Positions 46,961 through 57,023 of a DNA stretch of 64,000 nt are shown here, piece after piece. This DNA is from an uncultured Bacteroidota bacterium (GTDB lineage Bacteria; Bacteroidota; Bacteroidia; Flavobacteriales; Flavobacteriaceae). The translations under genes and the position numbers were made by a program. The notes below the pieces were generated by a model, which did not search any database, had not been told where the DNA came from, and saw only the letters and a program-made list of their open reading frames with translations. Within the stretch, counting starts at the first letter, position 1. The number at the start of each line of letters is the position of its first letter. The DNA is taken from positions 94,606-158,605 of the forward strand of contig CAJWUI010000004.1 in the NCBI GenBank assembly GCA_913047695.1. The letters are read 5' to 3'.

Positions 46961-47752
46961 TCAAAGAAAATTATCTGGTATATGACACACAGGTATTGGG
47001 TTCATTTTGTGTTGATTTTTCTTGTAGAAATCTAGATATATATTGTAAACTTGCCTTTCTCTTTGATTAAAACTAGATTTAGATAATTTATTCTTTTGAG
47101 CATTCATAGCCCACTCTAACTCAACATAACTTGCTCCAATTTGATCTTCGTCAGTGCGATTGTCTTCCCACAAACCATCGGTTGGTGAAGCTTTTTGTAT
47201 GGAATCAGATATATTTAGATGCTTTGCGAGTGAAAAAACCTGAGTTTTATTTAAATCTGCTATAGGACTAATGTCAACACCTCCATCCCCATATTTTGTA
47301 TAAAAACCAACTCCAAAATCTTCTACTTTATTTCCAGTCCCTGCAACTAGATATTTATTTAGTGCGGCGAAATAATATAAACTTGTCATCCTCAATCTGG
47401 CGCGGGTATTCGCTAAGCTGTGAAATTGGGCATTTTCATTGTCTGTTTCGGGGAGTATACTAATGAAAGAGGAGAAAACTTTGTCTAAAGATATTCTTAA
47501 TGAAGAAACATTTTTGAATTTTTTTTTCAACCATTCTGTATGATCCGAAGCCCTTGAATCTTGTGATGATTGTTGTTTGATTGGCATTTCTAAACAAAGT
47601 AATTTTAAGTCGGTTTTCGCACAGAGAGTAGAGGTTACTGCTGAGTCGATACCCCCAGAAACACCAACAACAAAACCTTGCATACCAGATTTTTTCGAAT
47701 AATCCTTTAGCCAGTTTACAATGTGTTTTACTACTTTTTCTTTTGATTTCAT
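46961..47752 (-). CDS. nadE: NH3-dependent NAD+ synthetase
   Basis: PP-loop GVSGGIDSAV and a typical NadE C-terminal region. Confidence 0.9.
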   Translation of the reverse strand: MKSKEKVVKHIVNWLKDYSKKSGMQGFVVGVSGGIDSAVTSTLCAKTDLKLLCLEMPIKQQSSQDSRASDHTEWLKKKFKNVSSLRISLDKVFSSFISILPETDNENAQFHSLANTRARLRMTSLYYFAALNKYLVAGTGNKVEDFGVGFYTKYGDGGVDISPIADLNKTQVFSLAKHLNISDSIQKASPTDGLWEDNRTDEDQIGASYVELEWAMNAQKNKLSKSSFNQRERQVYNIYLDFYKKNQHKMNPIPVCHIPDNFL

Positions 47753-47801
47753 AATTTAAATGTTAAAATTTAAATTTATATAAAATTACATTTTTGTAAA
47801 T

Positions 47802-48800
47802 ATGATAGCAAATCTAATGTCATTACGTAAAACTTTTTTTTATTATTCTCAATTGTATAGTTTTATTTTTGTTTTATTTATTTTTTTTACGTCCTGTAAT
47901 AATCAAAAAAATAATGAAAATAGAAAACCAATTTCATTAACCTTTGAAAGATTTGATTTGAAATTCTATAATCAACCCTCAGGAGTTATCCCAAAATTGA
48001 AAAAAGAATATTCTTTTTTATTTCCAAAGCAATTTTCAGACAGTACCTGGATAAAAAGACAAAAAGACAGTTTACAACTAATTCTGCAGAACGCTGTTCA
48101 AAATGAGTTCCCAGATTTATCAAATATTCAAAGTGAAATAACAGATTTGTTTGAAAAAATAAATTTTCAATTCCCAAAAATTAATTTATCTAGAGTCATT
48201 TTTCTAACTAATAATGTTGATTATCAATTAAAAACGGTATACGGTGATAGCATACTTTTAATTTCTCTAGACACTTTCTTGGGATCAAATCATAATCTTT
48301 ACAATGGTATTCCAAATTATATTAGAAAAGAATTAGATAGAAAATACATAATACCTCAAATATTAGAAAAATTTGCTTCATATGTCATTCCTCCTTCTAA
48401 AGAAAGAACTTTTCTTGCTAAAATATTATATGAGGGAAAAAAAATGTATCTAAAAGATAAATTTTTACCTCACTTGCAGGACAAAATAAAAATTGCTTAC
48501 AGTGATGATGAAGTTAAATGGGTAAAAAATAATGAACAATTTATTTGGCAGTATTTTATAGAAAAACAAATTTTATATAAGACTGATTCAGAATTGACAG
48601 AGCGATTCATAGAACCTGCCCCTTTTTCAAAATTTTATTTACAAATTGATAATGAATCTCCGGGTAAAATAGGCGTTTGGATTGGGTGGCAAATTGTAAG
48701 AAGTTTTTTTAAGCATAATCCAGAATTTCCTCTAATTGAGTTTCTTAATCTTTCTTCACAAGAACTTTTTAATTCTTCAAAATATAAACCTAAAAGATAA
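47802..48800 (+). CDS. gldB: Gliding motility lipoprotein GldB
   Basis: Lipobox ..FFTSCNN. ..ERFDLKFY...LKKEYSFLFPKQFSDSTW.. resembles the GldB family. It is followed by gldC with a 1-nt overlap, the known gldB-gldC arrangement. Confidence 0.8.
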   Translation: MIANLMSLRKTFFYYSQLYSFIFVLFIFFTSCNNQKNNENRKPISLTFERFDLKFYNQPSGVIPKLKKEYSFLFPKQFSDSTWIKRQKDSLQLILQNAVQNEFPDLSNIQSEITDLFEKINFQFPKINLSRVIFLTNNVDYQLKTVYGDSILLISLDTFLGSNHNLYNGIPNYIRKELDRKYIIPQILEKFASYVIPPSKERTFLAKILYEGKKMYLKDKFLPHLQDKIKIAYSDDEVKWVKNNEQFIWQYFIEKQILYKTDSELTERFIEPAPFSKFYLQIDNESPGKIGVWIGWQIVRSFFKHNPEFPLIEFLNLSSQELFNSSKYKPKR

Positions 48801-49132
48801 TGACAACAGAAAAAAAAACACAAATAATTATTGATGTTGATTTAGATGAAAATAAAATACCAGAACAAATTAGTTGGTCTGCAAAAGATGGAGGTATTTC
48901 TAATAAGCAATCAAAAGCAATATTACTTTCATTTTGGGATTCAAAAAAACAAGAAACACTTAAAATGGATTTATGGGTAAAAGATATGCCTGTTGACCAA
49001 ATGAAATTGTTTTTTCATCAAACGTTTTTGTCAATGAGTGAATCATTTTATAGAGCAACGAATGACGAAAAAATGACTGCAACAATAAGAGATTTTTGTG
49101 ATTATTATGCAGAGGCTTTGAAGTTAAAATAG
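48800..49132 (+). CDS. gldC: Gliding motility-associated protein GldC
   Basis: ..DVDLDENKIPEQISWSAKDGG...AILLSFWDSKKQETLKMDLWVKDMPVDQMKLFFHQTF...DEKMTATIRDFCDYYAE.. closely matches the GldC pattern as I recall it. Confidence 0.85.
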   Translation: MTTEKKTQIIIDVDLDENKIPEQISWSAKDGGISNKQSKAILLSFWDSKKQETLKMDLWVKDMPVDQMKLFFHQTFLSMSESFYRATNDEKMTATIRDFCDYYAEALKLK

Positions 49133-49134
49133 AA

Positions 49135-49752
49135 TTAAGCTCTCTTGTACTTATAAAATTCTGAGTTAAGAATTTTAATATACTCAAGGATTCTATCGTT
49201 TCCTGTCTTTTTTTTAGAAGATGTTACAAATATAGGGGGACTGGTATCCCACTTATTCTGAGTTAAAACATTTTTATATTTCATAATATTTGTCTCTATT
49301 GAATTTTTTTTAAGCTTATCAGATTTTGTAAAAATTATAGCAAAAGAAATGAAATTTTTATTTAGCCAAATCATAAAATCAAGATCGTAACTCTGAGGTT
49401 CGTGCCGAATATCAATTAGTAAAAATGCATTGATTAATTGTTTTCTTTTTTTAAAATAATTTTTTGTGAGATTAAGAATTTCTTTTTTTTTAGTTTTAGA
49501 TAACCTAGCATATCCATAACCTGGTAGATCAACTAGATACCAGCTTTCATTTATAAGATAATGGTTAATTAAAATTGTTTTTCCTGGAGTAGATGAAGTT
49601 TTAGCTAAATTTTTCTTGCCGCATATCGAATTAATTAATGATGACTTACCTACATTTGATCTTCCAATAAAAGCATATTCTGGTAGATAACTTTGTGGAC
49701 ACATAGCAACATTGGTGTTGCTCATTACAAAACGACTAGAATTAATTTGCAT
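49135..49752 (-). CDS. engB: Ribosome-biogenesis GTPase EngB/YsxC/YihA
   Basis: G1 GRSNVGKSSLIN, G3 DLPGYG, G4 TKSDK. Confidence 0.9.
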   Translation of the reverse strand: MQINSSRFVMSNTNVAMCPQSYLPEYAFIGRSNVGKSSLINSICGKKNLAKTSSTPGKTILINHYLINESWYLVDLPGYGYARLSKTKKKEILNLTKNYFKKRKQLINAFLLIDIRHEPQSYDLDFMIWLNKNFISFAIIFTKSDKLKKNSIETNIMKYKNVLTQNKWDTSPPIFVTSSKKKTGNDRILEYIKILNSEFYKYKRA

Positions 49753-49760
49753 GTTTTTTT

Positions 49761-50552
49761 CTAGAAATTAGAAGTTTCTAGCCAATCTTCTAGGATAGAA
49801 TTAAATTCATCTGGATGCTCCATCATAGGGGCATGACCACATTTGTCAATCCAATACAAAATTGAATTGGGGAGTAATTCATGAAATTCTTCAGCGACAT
49901 TTGGGGGAGTCACATTATCTTGTCTACCCCAAATTATTGCGGTAGGAATTTTTATTTTGGGTAATTCGTTAGCCATATTATGCCTTATTGCACTTTTTGC
50001 CAGTGCCAATGTGCGAATTAACTTATTTCTGTCATTAACTGTTTCAAAAACTCCATCCACAATTTCTTTACTGGCAATTTTTGGGTCAAAAAATACAGCC
50101 TCACTTTTTTTCTTAATGTACTCGTAATCTCCACGTTTTGGATAACCATCACCCATATTATTCTCATATAAGCCGGAGCTTCCTGTAAGAACGAGACCTT
50201 TTACCAATTCAGGATATTTTTTTATGAAAAGTAGACCAATATGACCTCCTAGAGAATTACCAAGTAAAATTATATCTTTAAGCTTCTTAAATGATATAAA
50301 TTTGTGAAGATAATCTGACAAGGATTTTACTGATGTGTTAAGAATTGGTAATGAATAAACTGGAAGTTCAGGTATAATTACGCGGTATTTTTTATTCGGG
50401 AAATAATTCATTACCCCTGAGAAATTACTTAGTCCGCCCATTAAGCCATGGAGGATAATAATTGGTTGTCCAATACCAGATTCTACATATCGAAATTCAT
50501 GTTTTTGTATTATTTTATCCATATACCCTAGTCCTGGAAAATTATAGACCAA
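49761..50552 (-). CDS. Alpha/beta-fold hydrolase
   Basis: ..IIILHGLMGG.. and the nucleophile elbow GNSLGG. C-terminal His in ..KCGHAPMMEHP... Confidence 0.8.
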   Translation of the reverse strand: MVYNFPGLGYMDKIIQKHEFRYVESGIGQPIIILHGLMGGLSNFSGVMNYFPNKKYRVIIPELPVYSLPILNTSVKSLSDYLHKFISFKKLKDIILLGNSLGGHIGLLFIKKYPELVKGLVLTGSSGLYENNMGDGYPKRGDYEYIKKKSEAVFFDPKIASKEIVDGVFETVNDRNKLIRTLALAKSAIRHNMANELPKIKIPTAIIWGRQDNVTPPNVAEEFHELLPNSILYWIDKCGHAPMMEHPDEFNSILEDWLETSNF

Positions 50553-50640
50553 ATATAGACATTTACTAGTTAGATTATGGCTTAAATTTTAATCCAATCA
50601 TTAAGATAGTAGAGTTCAGAAGTGTCAAAACTTATTAACA

Positions 50641-50670
50641 ATGTGGTAAAATGTGGTAAAATGTGGTAAA
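50641..50670 (+). promoter_or_regulatory. Candidate MraZ operator: three perfect tandem copies of ATGTGGTAAA (GTGGT core at 10-bp phasing)
   Basis: Exact 3 x 10-mer direct repeat ending 34 nt upstream of the mraZ start. MraZ proteins are known to bind GTG(G/T)-core direct repeats at 10-bp spacing in mra promoters. Confidence 0.7.
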
Positions 50671-50677
50671 TAAAATT

Positions 50678-50685
50678 TATATTTG
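50678..50685 (+). promoter_or_regulatory. Putative -7 box of the mra/dcw promoter
   Basis: TATATTTG is an exact TAnnTTTG match. It ends 19 nt upstream of the mraZ GTG and starts 7 nt downstream of the repeat array. Confidence 0.4.
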
Positions 50686-50704
50686 ATATAAATCTTTAAA
50701 AAAA

Positions 50705-51172
50705 GTGGTACACCTTATTGGTTCATATGAATGTAAAGTTGACACTAAGGGTCGAGTCATGATGCCAGTTTCTTTAAAAAAACAACTTTCCAAGCTGGTT
50801 GATGAGGGTTTTGTATTGAAACGTGCTGTTTTCAACCCGTGTATTGAAATGTATCCTTTAAACGAGTGGTCAAAGCTTATGAACAAATTAAATGGGTTAA
50901 ATAGATTTAACAAAAAGAATAACGATTTTATTCGTCGATTTACTGCAGGTGTTAAGAAGGTAGAGATGGACATTTCAGGAAGATTTCTTATCCCTAAAGA
51001 TTTAATAAAATATGCAAGTGTAGATAAACAAATTGTAGTTTCTTCGGCAGTTAACATCCTTGAAATTTGGGACAAATTGACATATGAGAATGTAATTAAT
51101 GAAGCTGCTATCAACTTTGGATCACTAGCTGAAGAAGTAATGGGTGACAAAAATGATGAATATATATCATAA
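50705..51172 (+). CDS. mraZ: Transcriptional regulator MraZ (GTG start)
   Basis: Two SpoVT/AbrB-like halves with ..DTKGRVMMPVSLKKQL.. and ..DISGRFLIPKDLIKYA... First gene of the dcw cluster. Confidence 0.9.
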   Translation: MVHLIGSYECKVDTKGRVMMPVSLKKQLSKLVDEGFVLKRAVFNPCIEMYPLNEWSKLMNKLNGLNRFNKKNNDFIRRFTAGVKKVEMDISGRFLIPKDLIKYASVDKQIVVSSAVNILEIWDKLTYENVINEAAINFGSLAEEVMGDKNDEYIS

Positions 51173-52055
51173 TTCAGTTTTAACAAATGAGGTAATAAAG
51201 GGATTGAAAATTTATCCGGGGGGAGTTTATGTTGATGTTACATTCGGAGGAGGAGGTCATTCAAAAGCTATATTAAAAAAATTAAATAGTAATGGAAAAT
51301 TATTTGGTTTTGATCAAGATCCTGACTCATTTAAAAATAAAATAGATGATAGTCGTTTTGAATTAATACTTGCAAATTTCTCTTATATAACTAACTATTT
51401 AAAATTTTATCAAATAGATTATGTTGATGGAATATTAGCTGATTTAGGTGTTTCATCCCATCAACTAAATAAGAAATCTAGAGGTTTTTCAATACGCAAA
51501 TCTAGCAGATTAGATATGCGGATGAATAAATCACAAACTTTGGATGCATATAAGGTAGTTAACTCGTATGATGAGAGAGCTCTAAATAATATTTTTAAAG
51601 GGTATGGGGAGTTAAGAAATGCAAAAAAAATAACACAGAATATTTTAAACTATAGAAAAAATAATGAAATAAAGACAACTTTTGATCTGATTGATGTTTT
51701 AAAACCAATAATTCCAATAAAATCAAAAAATAAATTTTTAGCTCAAATTTTTCAGGCAATTCGCATTGAGGTTAATAATGAGCTAGAAGTATTAAAATCA
51801 TTTTTAAAGCAGTCCTCCGATCTGCTTAAGCCTGGCGGTCGAATTGTTTGCATATCATATCATTCACTCGAAGACCGTTATGTAAAATATTTTTTTCAAA
51901 ATGGGAATTTTCATAAAAATGAGGAAAAGGATTTTTTTGGGAATCCATTAAAAGTACTTTTTAAAGTTGGTAAATTAATTATTCCATCTACAGAAGAGGT
52001 AAAAATGAACCCTAGATCTAGGAGTGCAAAACTTAGAATTGCAGAAAAAAAATGA
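51144..52055 (+). CDS. rsmH: 16S rRNA (cytosine1402-N4)-methyltransferase
   Basis: ..YHNSVLTNEV.., the SAM motif ..DVTFGGGGHS.., ..DLGVSSHQL.., ..SYHSLEDR... The start may be one of the internal ATGs at 51153 or 51156. Confidence 0.9.
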   Translation: MTKMMNIYHNSVLTNEVIKGLKIYPGGVYVDVTFGGGGHSKAILKKLNSNGKLFGFDQDPDSFKNKIDDSRFELILANFSYITNYLKFYQIDYVDGILADLGVSSHQLNKKSRGFSIRKSSRLDMRMNKSQTLDAYKVVNSYDERALNNIFKGYGELRNAKKITQNILNYRKNNEIKTTFDLIDVLKPIIPIKSKNKFLAQIFQAIRIEVNNELEVLKSFLKQSSDLLKPGGRIVCISYHSLEDRYVKYFFQNGNFHKNEEKDFFGNPLKVLFKVGKLIIPSTEEVKMNPRSRSAKLRIAEKK

Positions 52056-52363
52056 AAAATTTAAAATTCTTCTTAAACATAGACTTTTTGATTAAAGACA
52101 ATTCTTTAAAAAACTGGAAAATGATCCTTTTTATTTCAATGTTAGCTATAATTATGATTTCAAGTGGTCATAGCGCAGACAAAAAAATTTTTAAAATATC
52201 GTCACTTAATAATAACATAAAGTCTTTGAAAAGTGATTTTATTCAACTCAAGGAAGAGCTTTTGATATTAAAAAAAGAATCATCTGTTACCCAAAAATTA
52301 TTATCTAAAGGTTTGGGTCCAGCGTCGCAACCACCTTTAAAAATTATTATAACTGATGGGTGA
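52052..52363 (+). CDS. ftsL: FtsL-like small bitopic division protein
   Basis: 103 aa with a single TM segment followed by a coiled-coil-like stretch. It is in the canonical position between rsmH and ftsI. The assignment rests on position and topology only. Confidence 0.55.
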   Translation: MKNLKFFLNIDFLIKDNSLKNWKMILFISMLAIIMISSGHSADKKIFKISSLNNNIKSLKSDFIQLKEELLILKKESSVTQKLLSKGLGPASQPPLKIIITDG

Positions 52364-54347
52364 TAAAAATATTTTTTTTAAGAAATTAATGTTAAGATTT
52401 TATTTTTTCACAACATTACTCACATTCTTTTCTTTTCTTTTAATTGGGAAGTTAATTTACATTCAATTTTATGAAAATAATGAAGGACTAGATATTCAAC
52501 CTGATACTTTAGTGAAGAACGTTATCTTACAACCTAGCAGAGGAGATATTTTTTCTGCTGATGGAAATATCTTGGCTACTTCAATCCCAAGTTATGACTT
52601 ATATTGGGATTCAATAATTCCTTCAAACAATCTATTCAATAATCAAATAAACGATTTGGCAGATTCTATATCTGTCGTAAAAAAGATACCAAGTGAAATA
52701 ATTGTCAACAAACTCAGTGAAGCAAGGAAACAAAAAAATAGGTATTTATTAATTGAAAAAGGCTTGAGTTTTTCAGATTATCGAAGGTTTAAATCTTTTC
52801 CTATTTTCAAAGAAAATATTTACCGTGGAGGATTAATTGTTGAACAAGACATTAAAAGAAAAAATCCACTTGGTAAAGTAGCGGAGAGAACCATTGGTTA
52901 TGAAATACAAGATAATAATGGTTCATTTTTCAGAGTTGGTCTCGAAGGAGCTTTTTCAGAATTTTTAAGGGGAAACTCTGGGCTGAGATTAAAACAAAAA
53001 ATTGCTAATGGACAATGGAAACCTATTAGTGATTCAAATGAAAAGGAGCCAACAGAAGGATATGATTTACATACTACACTGGATGTGAATATTCAGGATA
53101 TTGTTCACAATGCACTTCTTGCACAGCTTGAAAAATTTAAGGCTCAGCACGGAACTGCAGTAGTTATGGAAGTTGAAAGTGGCAAAATTAAAGCAATAGC
53201 AAATCTAGGAAGAACAGAAAAAGGGAAATATTTTGAAAAATTAAATTATGCTGTAGGCGAGACAAATGAACCCGGTTCAACTTTTAAGCTTATGGCTATT
53301 ATTGCTGCTTTAGAAGATAATGTAATTAATGAAAAATCAATAATAGATACTGGTAATGGAGAATTGACTTTTTTCAAAAAATATAAAGTGAAGGACTCAA
53401 AAAAAGGAGGTTATGGTCTTATAACAGCAGCAAAAGCATTTGAGGTTTCTTCAAATGTGGGATTAGTCAAAATAATCTATGATAACTACAAAAATAATCC
53501 TAAAAAATTTGTAGACAGATTATATAATATGGGTCTAAACAAAACACTAAAACTTCCGATAATGGGTGAGGGTATTCCAAGAATTCCATATCCTTCAGAC
53601 TCTGATTGGGACGGACTTGATCTACCGTGGATGGCATATGGATATGGAGTCAGCTTAACACCGTTACAGATTTTAGCTTTCTACAATGCTATTGCCAACA
53701 ATGGTCAGTTAGTAAAACCAATGTTTTTAAGTAAAATTAGTAATAAGGGTAACTCCCCTGAAAAAACTTTTAAAAAGAAAGTTATAAACCCATCAGTTTG
53801 TTCAAAAGAAACTCTAAAAAAGGTGAGGAAAATGATGTTTAATGTTGTTGATAAAAAGTGGGGAACAGCATTTAGTATTAAAGATTCTCTACTTCAAATG
53901 GCTGGCAAAACAGGAACATGTCAGATAGATTACGACAAAAAAGAAGTTCAATACATTTCAAGTTTCGTTGGTTATTATCCTGTAAACAATCCAAAATACT
54001 CTTGTATAGTTGTCATTCACAGACCACAAAAATCAATGGGTTATTATGGCGCTGTAGTTGCAGCCCCAGTTTTTAAATCAATTGCAAAAAAGATCTATAA
54101 TAACATTCCTTTAGAAATTAAAATAAGTTCAAAGGCATTGGCCAAGCTTGATAAAAATCCTAAAACAATTGAAATAAAAAATGTAGTGCCAAATGTAAGT
54201 GGTTTATCAGAAGAAGATGCAAAAAAAGTTTTAGAGAAAGTTGGCTTAAACGTTGAATTTAAAGGAGATGGAAAAGTAAAATCACAGTCCATTGAACCTG
54301 GGACAAAAGTAGAGTACAATCAAAAAATTTTAATAAAGCTTGCTTGA
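52356..54347 (+). CDS. ftsI: Peptidoglycan D,D-transpeptidase FtsI (class B PBP) with a C-terminal PASTA-like domain
   Basis: SxxK (GSTFKLM), SxN (VSSNVG), KTG (GKTGTC), an N-terminal TM anchor, and a C-terminal ..VPNVSGLSEEDAKKVLEKVGLNVEFKGDGKVKSQSIEPGTKV... Confidence 0.9.
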   Translation: MGDKNIFFKKLMLRFYFFTTLLTFFSFLLIGKLIYIQFYENNEGLDIQPDTLVKNVILQPSRGDIFSADGNILATSIPSYDLYWDSIIPSNNLFNNQINDLADSISVVKKIPSEIIVNKLSEARKQKNRYLLIEKGLSFSDYRRFKSFPIFKENIYRGGLIVEQDIKRKNPLGKVAERTIGYEIQDNNGSFFRVGLEGAFSEFLRGNSGLRLKQKIANGQWKPISDSNEKEPTEGYDLHTTLDVNIQDIVHNALLAQLEKFKAQHGTAVVMEVESGKIKAIANLGRTEKGKYFEKLNYAVGETNEPGSTFKLMAIIAALEDNVINEKSIIDTGNGELTFFKKYKVKDSKKGGYGLITAAKAFEVSSNVGLVKIIYDNYKNNPKKFVDRLYNMGLNKTLKLPIMGEGIPRIPYPSDSDWDGLDLPWMAYGYGVSLTPLQILAFYNAIANNGQLVKPMFLSKISNKGNSPEKTFKKKVINPSVCSKETLKKVRKMMFNVVDKKWGTAFSIKDSLLQMAGKTGTCQIDYDKKEVQYISSFVGYYPVNNPKYSCIVVIHRPQKSMGYYGAVVAAPVFKSIAKKIYNNIPLEIKISSKALAKLDKNPKTIEIKNVVPNVSGLSEEDAKKVLEKVGLNVEFKGDGKVKSQSIEPGTKVEYNQKILIKLA

Positions 54348-55804
54348 AAAAACTACAAGACATATTATATAAAGTACCTATTGAGGGAATTTTTGGTAAT
54401 CCAAAAATCGAGATATCTTCTCTAAGTTATGATAGCAGGAAGATCCAACAAAAAGGACTTTTCATAGCTCAAAAAGGTATCCAGTTAGATGGGAATAAAT
54501 TTATTTCAGAAGCCATTGATAAGGGTGCAATTGCGATAGTTTGTGAGTCAATTCCAGATTTGCCAAATAAGGACATAACTTTTATTTTAGTACATAATGC
54601 CTCCAAGGCACTTGGAATAATTTCATCAAACTTTTATTCTAATCCATCTAAAGAAATAAATTTGATTGGTGTCACTGGGACAAATGGAAAAACCTCTGTA
54701 GTATGGCTTTTACATGAATTATTCTCTAACCTAGGATTTACTAGTGGTTTAATTTCTACAGTAAAGATTAAATTTCTTAATAAGGAGTTTAAAAGTAAGC
54801 AAACTACACCTGATCCAATTTCGATTAATAATTATTTGAGACAAATGGTGGATTTGGGTTTAAAATATTGTTTTATGGAGGTTTCTTCTCATGGAATTTC
54901 TCAGAATCGGATTGAAGGACTTGAATTTTCTGGTGGAGTATTTACAAATATTTCTCATGACCATCTAGATTATCATGGTAGCTTTAAAAATTATAGAGAT
55001 GCAAAAAAACAATTTTTTGATATTCTTAAAAAAAGTGCTTTTGCTTTAACAAATCTTGATGACAAAAATGGATTATTTATGCTTCAAAATACTAAAGCAA
55101 AAAAATATTCATATTCCACAAAACAAGATGCTGATTATAAATTAAAAATTCTAGAGTGTCAATTTTCTGGCATGTTATTGAAAATTCAAGATAAGGAAGT
55201 TTGGACAAATTTGGTTGGTAATTTTAATAGTCAAAATCTTTTAGCTGTTTTTGCTGTTGCAGATATATTTAATATACCAAAGCTTAGTATTTTGAAATGT
55301 ATCAGTCGGTTAAAAAGTGTTGAGGGCCGTTTTCAAACATTTATTTCAAAAGATGATATTACAGTGATAATTGATTATGCTCACACACCTGATGCTCTTG
55401 AAAAAATTATGAAAACAATTAATTCAATTCGTACTCGAAATGAAACATTTATTGTTTTAATTGGTTGTGGAGGCAATCGCGACCGAGAAAAAAGGCCTGT
55501 TATGGGCAAAATTGCCTCTGAATTATGTGATAAGGTGATTTTTACATCTGATAATCCTAGAGACGAAGATCCAACTAAAATAATCTCTGAAATGATGAAA
55601 GGAGTTGCAGCAGAAAACTTTAAAAAAATTTTAAAAATAACAATTAGAAAAGACGCAATCACCATGGCAAAAAAATTAGTTAGGCAAGGGGATATTGTAC
55701 TGATTGCAGGAAAGGGTCATGAATCTTATCAAGAAATTAAAGGAAACCTTTATCCTTTCAATGATCTTAAAATTGCCCAACAAATATTTTTAAAAACGGA
55801 TTAG
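54344..55804 (+). CDS. murE: UDP-N-acetylmuramoyl-L-alanyl-D-glutamate--2,6-diaminopimelate ligase (TTG start overlapping the ftsI stop)
   Basis: P-loop [10 protein letters not shown], and ..DNPRDEDP.. near the C-terminus is typical of MurE. Confidence 0.9.
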   Translation: MKKLQDILYKVPIEGIFGNPKIEISSLSYDSRKIQQKGLFIAQKGIQLDGNKFISEAIDKGAIAIVCESIPDLPNKDITFILVHNASKALGIISSNFYSNPSKEINLIGVTGTNGKTSVVWLLHELFSNLGFTSGLISTVKIKFLNKEFKSKQTTPDPISINNYLRQMVDLGLKYCFMEVSSHGISQNRIEGLEFSGGVFTNISHDHLDYHGSFKNYRDAKKQFFDILKKSAFALTNLDDKNGLFMLQNTKAKKYSYSTKQDADYKLKILECQFSGMLLKIQDKEVWTNLVGNFNSQNLLAVFAVADIFNIPKLSILKCISRLKSVEGRFQTFISKDDITVIIDYAHTPDALEKIMKTINSIRTRNETFIVLIGCGGNRDREKRPVMGKIASELCDKVIFTSDNPRDEDPTKIISEMMKGVAAENFKKILKITIRKDAITMAKKLVRQGDIVLIAGKGHESYQEIKGNLYPFNDLKIAQQIFLKTD

Positions 55805-55805
55805 T

Positions 55806-57023
55806 ATGTTTTATTATCTATTTGAATTTTTTGAAAAACAGTATAATCTTACAGGAGCAAGCTTATTTCAATACATAACATTTAGAGCTTCAGTTGCAGT
55901 AATATTATCAACAAGTTTTTCAATGCTTTTTGGAAAAAAATTTATTGAGTTTTTAAAGAAAAAACAAATTGGTGAACCAATTCGAGATTTAGGATTGATT
56001 GGACAAATTGAGAAACAAGGAACACCTTCTATGGGAGGGTTAATAATAATCTTTGGAACTTTACTACCTGTATTACTGCTGGCGAAACTTAATAATATTT
56101 ATATTTTATTATTGATTTCAACTATTTTATGGATTGGTTTTATTGGATGGCTTGACGATTACATCAAAATTTTTAAAAAAAATAAAAAAGGTTTAAAAGG
56201 AAAATTTAAAATTTTTGGACAAATCCTACTTGGGGCTTTTGTAGGCACAATTCTTTTCTTTCACCCGCAGGTAACTGTTAGAACTCAAGCAAAATCAAAC
56301 ATTAATCAAATTGAAAATAAATCAACAAAATTTAGTAAAAATATCAAAGCTAGTTTAACAACAATTCCATTATTTAAAAATAATCAATTTGATTACTACA
56401 GTCTAATTAAATGGTCTGGTTTAAACAAAAAATATACCTGGCTAATTTTTATTCCAATAGTAATTTTTATAATTACTGCAGTTTCTAATGGAGCAAATCT
56501 GACAGATGGTATTGATGGACTAGCAGCTGGAAGCTCAGCTATTATTGTTTTTGTTTTAGCAATATTTTCGTTCGTATCAGGTAATGTAAATTTCGCATCT
56601 TATTTGAATATTTTATACATACCTAATGTTGGTGAAATAGTAGTTTTCATATCAGCATTTTTAGGGGCTTTAATTGGTTTTTTGTGGTTCAATGCTTATC
56701 CAGCTGAAATTTTTATGGGTGATACAGGAAGTCTCACAATTGGAGCTCTAATATCAGTTATTTCAGTTATAATTAGAAAGGAATTACTTATTCCGCTCCT
56801 CTGTGGTATTTTTTTCATAGAAACACTATCTGTGATTTTTCAAGTAAGCTATTTTAAATACTCAAGATTTAAGACAGGTAACGGAAAACGAATTTTTAAA
56901 ATGGCACCATTACACCATCATTACCAAAAATTAGGTTTTCATGAAAGTAAAATAGCTGCAAGATTCTTGATTTTGGGTATTGTACTAGCAGTTTTAACAA
57001 TAGTCACACTTAAACTTAGATGA
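55806..57023 (+). CDS. mraY: Phospho-N-acetylmuramoyl-pentapeptide transferase
   Basis: Polytopic protein with ..GTPSMGG.., ..[13 protein letters not shown].., ..MGDTGSL.., ..APLHHHY... Confidence 0.95.
   Translation: MFYYLFEFFEKQYNLTGASLFQYITFRASVAVILSTSFSMLFGKKFIEFLKKKQIGEPIRDLGLIGQIEKQGTPSMGGLIIIFGTLLPVLLLAKLNNIYILLLISTILWIGFIGWLDDYIKIFKKNKKGLKGKFKIFGQILLGAFVGTILFFHPQVTVRTQAKSNINQIENKSTKFSKNIKASLTTIPLFKNNQFDYYSLIKWSGLNKKYTWLIFIPIVIFIITAVSNGANLTDGIDGLAAGSSAIIVFVLAIFSFVSGNVNFASYLNILYIPNVGEIVVFISAFLGALIGFLWFNAYPAEIFMGDTGSLTIGALISVISVIIRKELLIPLLCGIFFIETLSVIFQVSYFKYSRFKTGNGKRIFKMAPLHHHYQKLGFHESKIAARFLILGIVLAVLTIVTLKLR

Noticed and set aside
50677-51186. A 169-aa ORF on the minus strand that covers the whole of mraZ in antisense
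   Set aside because: mraZ on the plus strand has clear family motifs and the canonical dcw position. The antisense product is low-complexity and Ser/Leu/Phe-rich, with no recognisable motif, promoter or context. It is most likely a chance open frame, although its length is somewhat unusual for an AT-rich genome.
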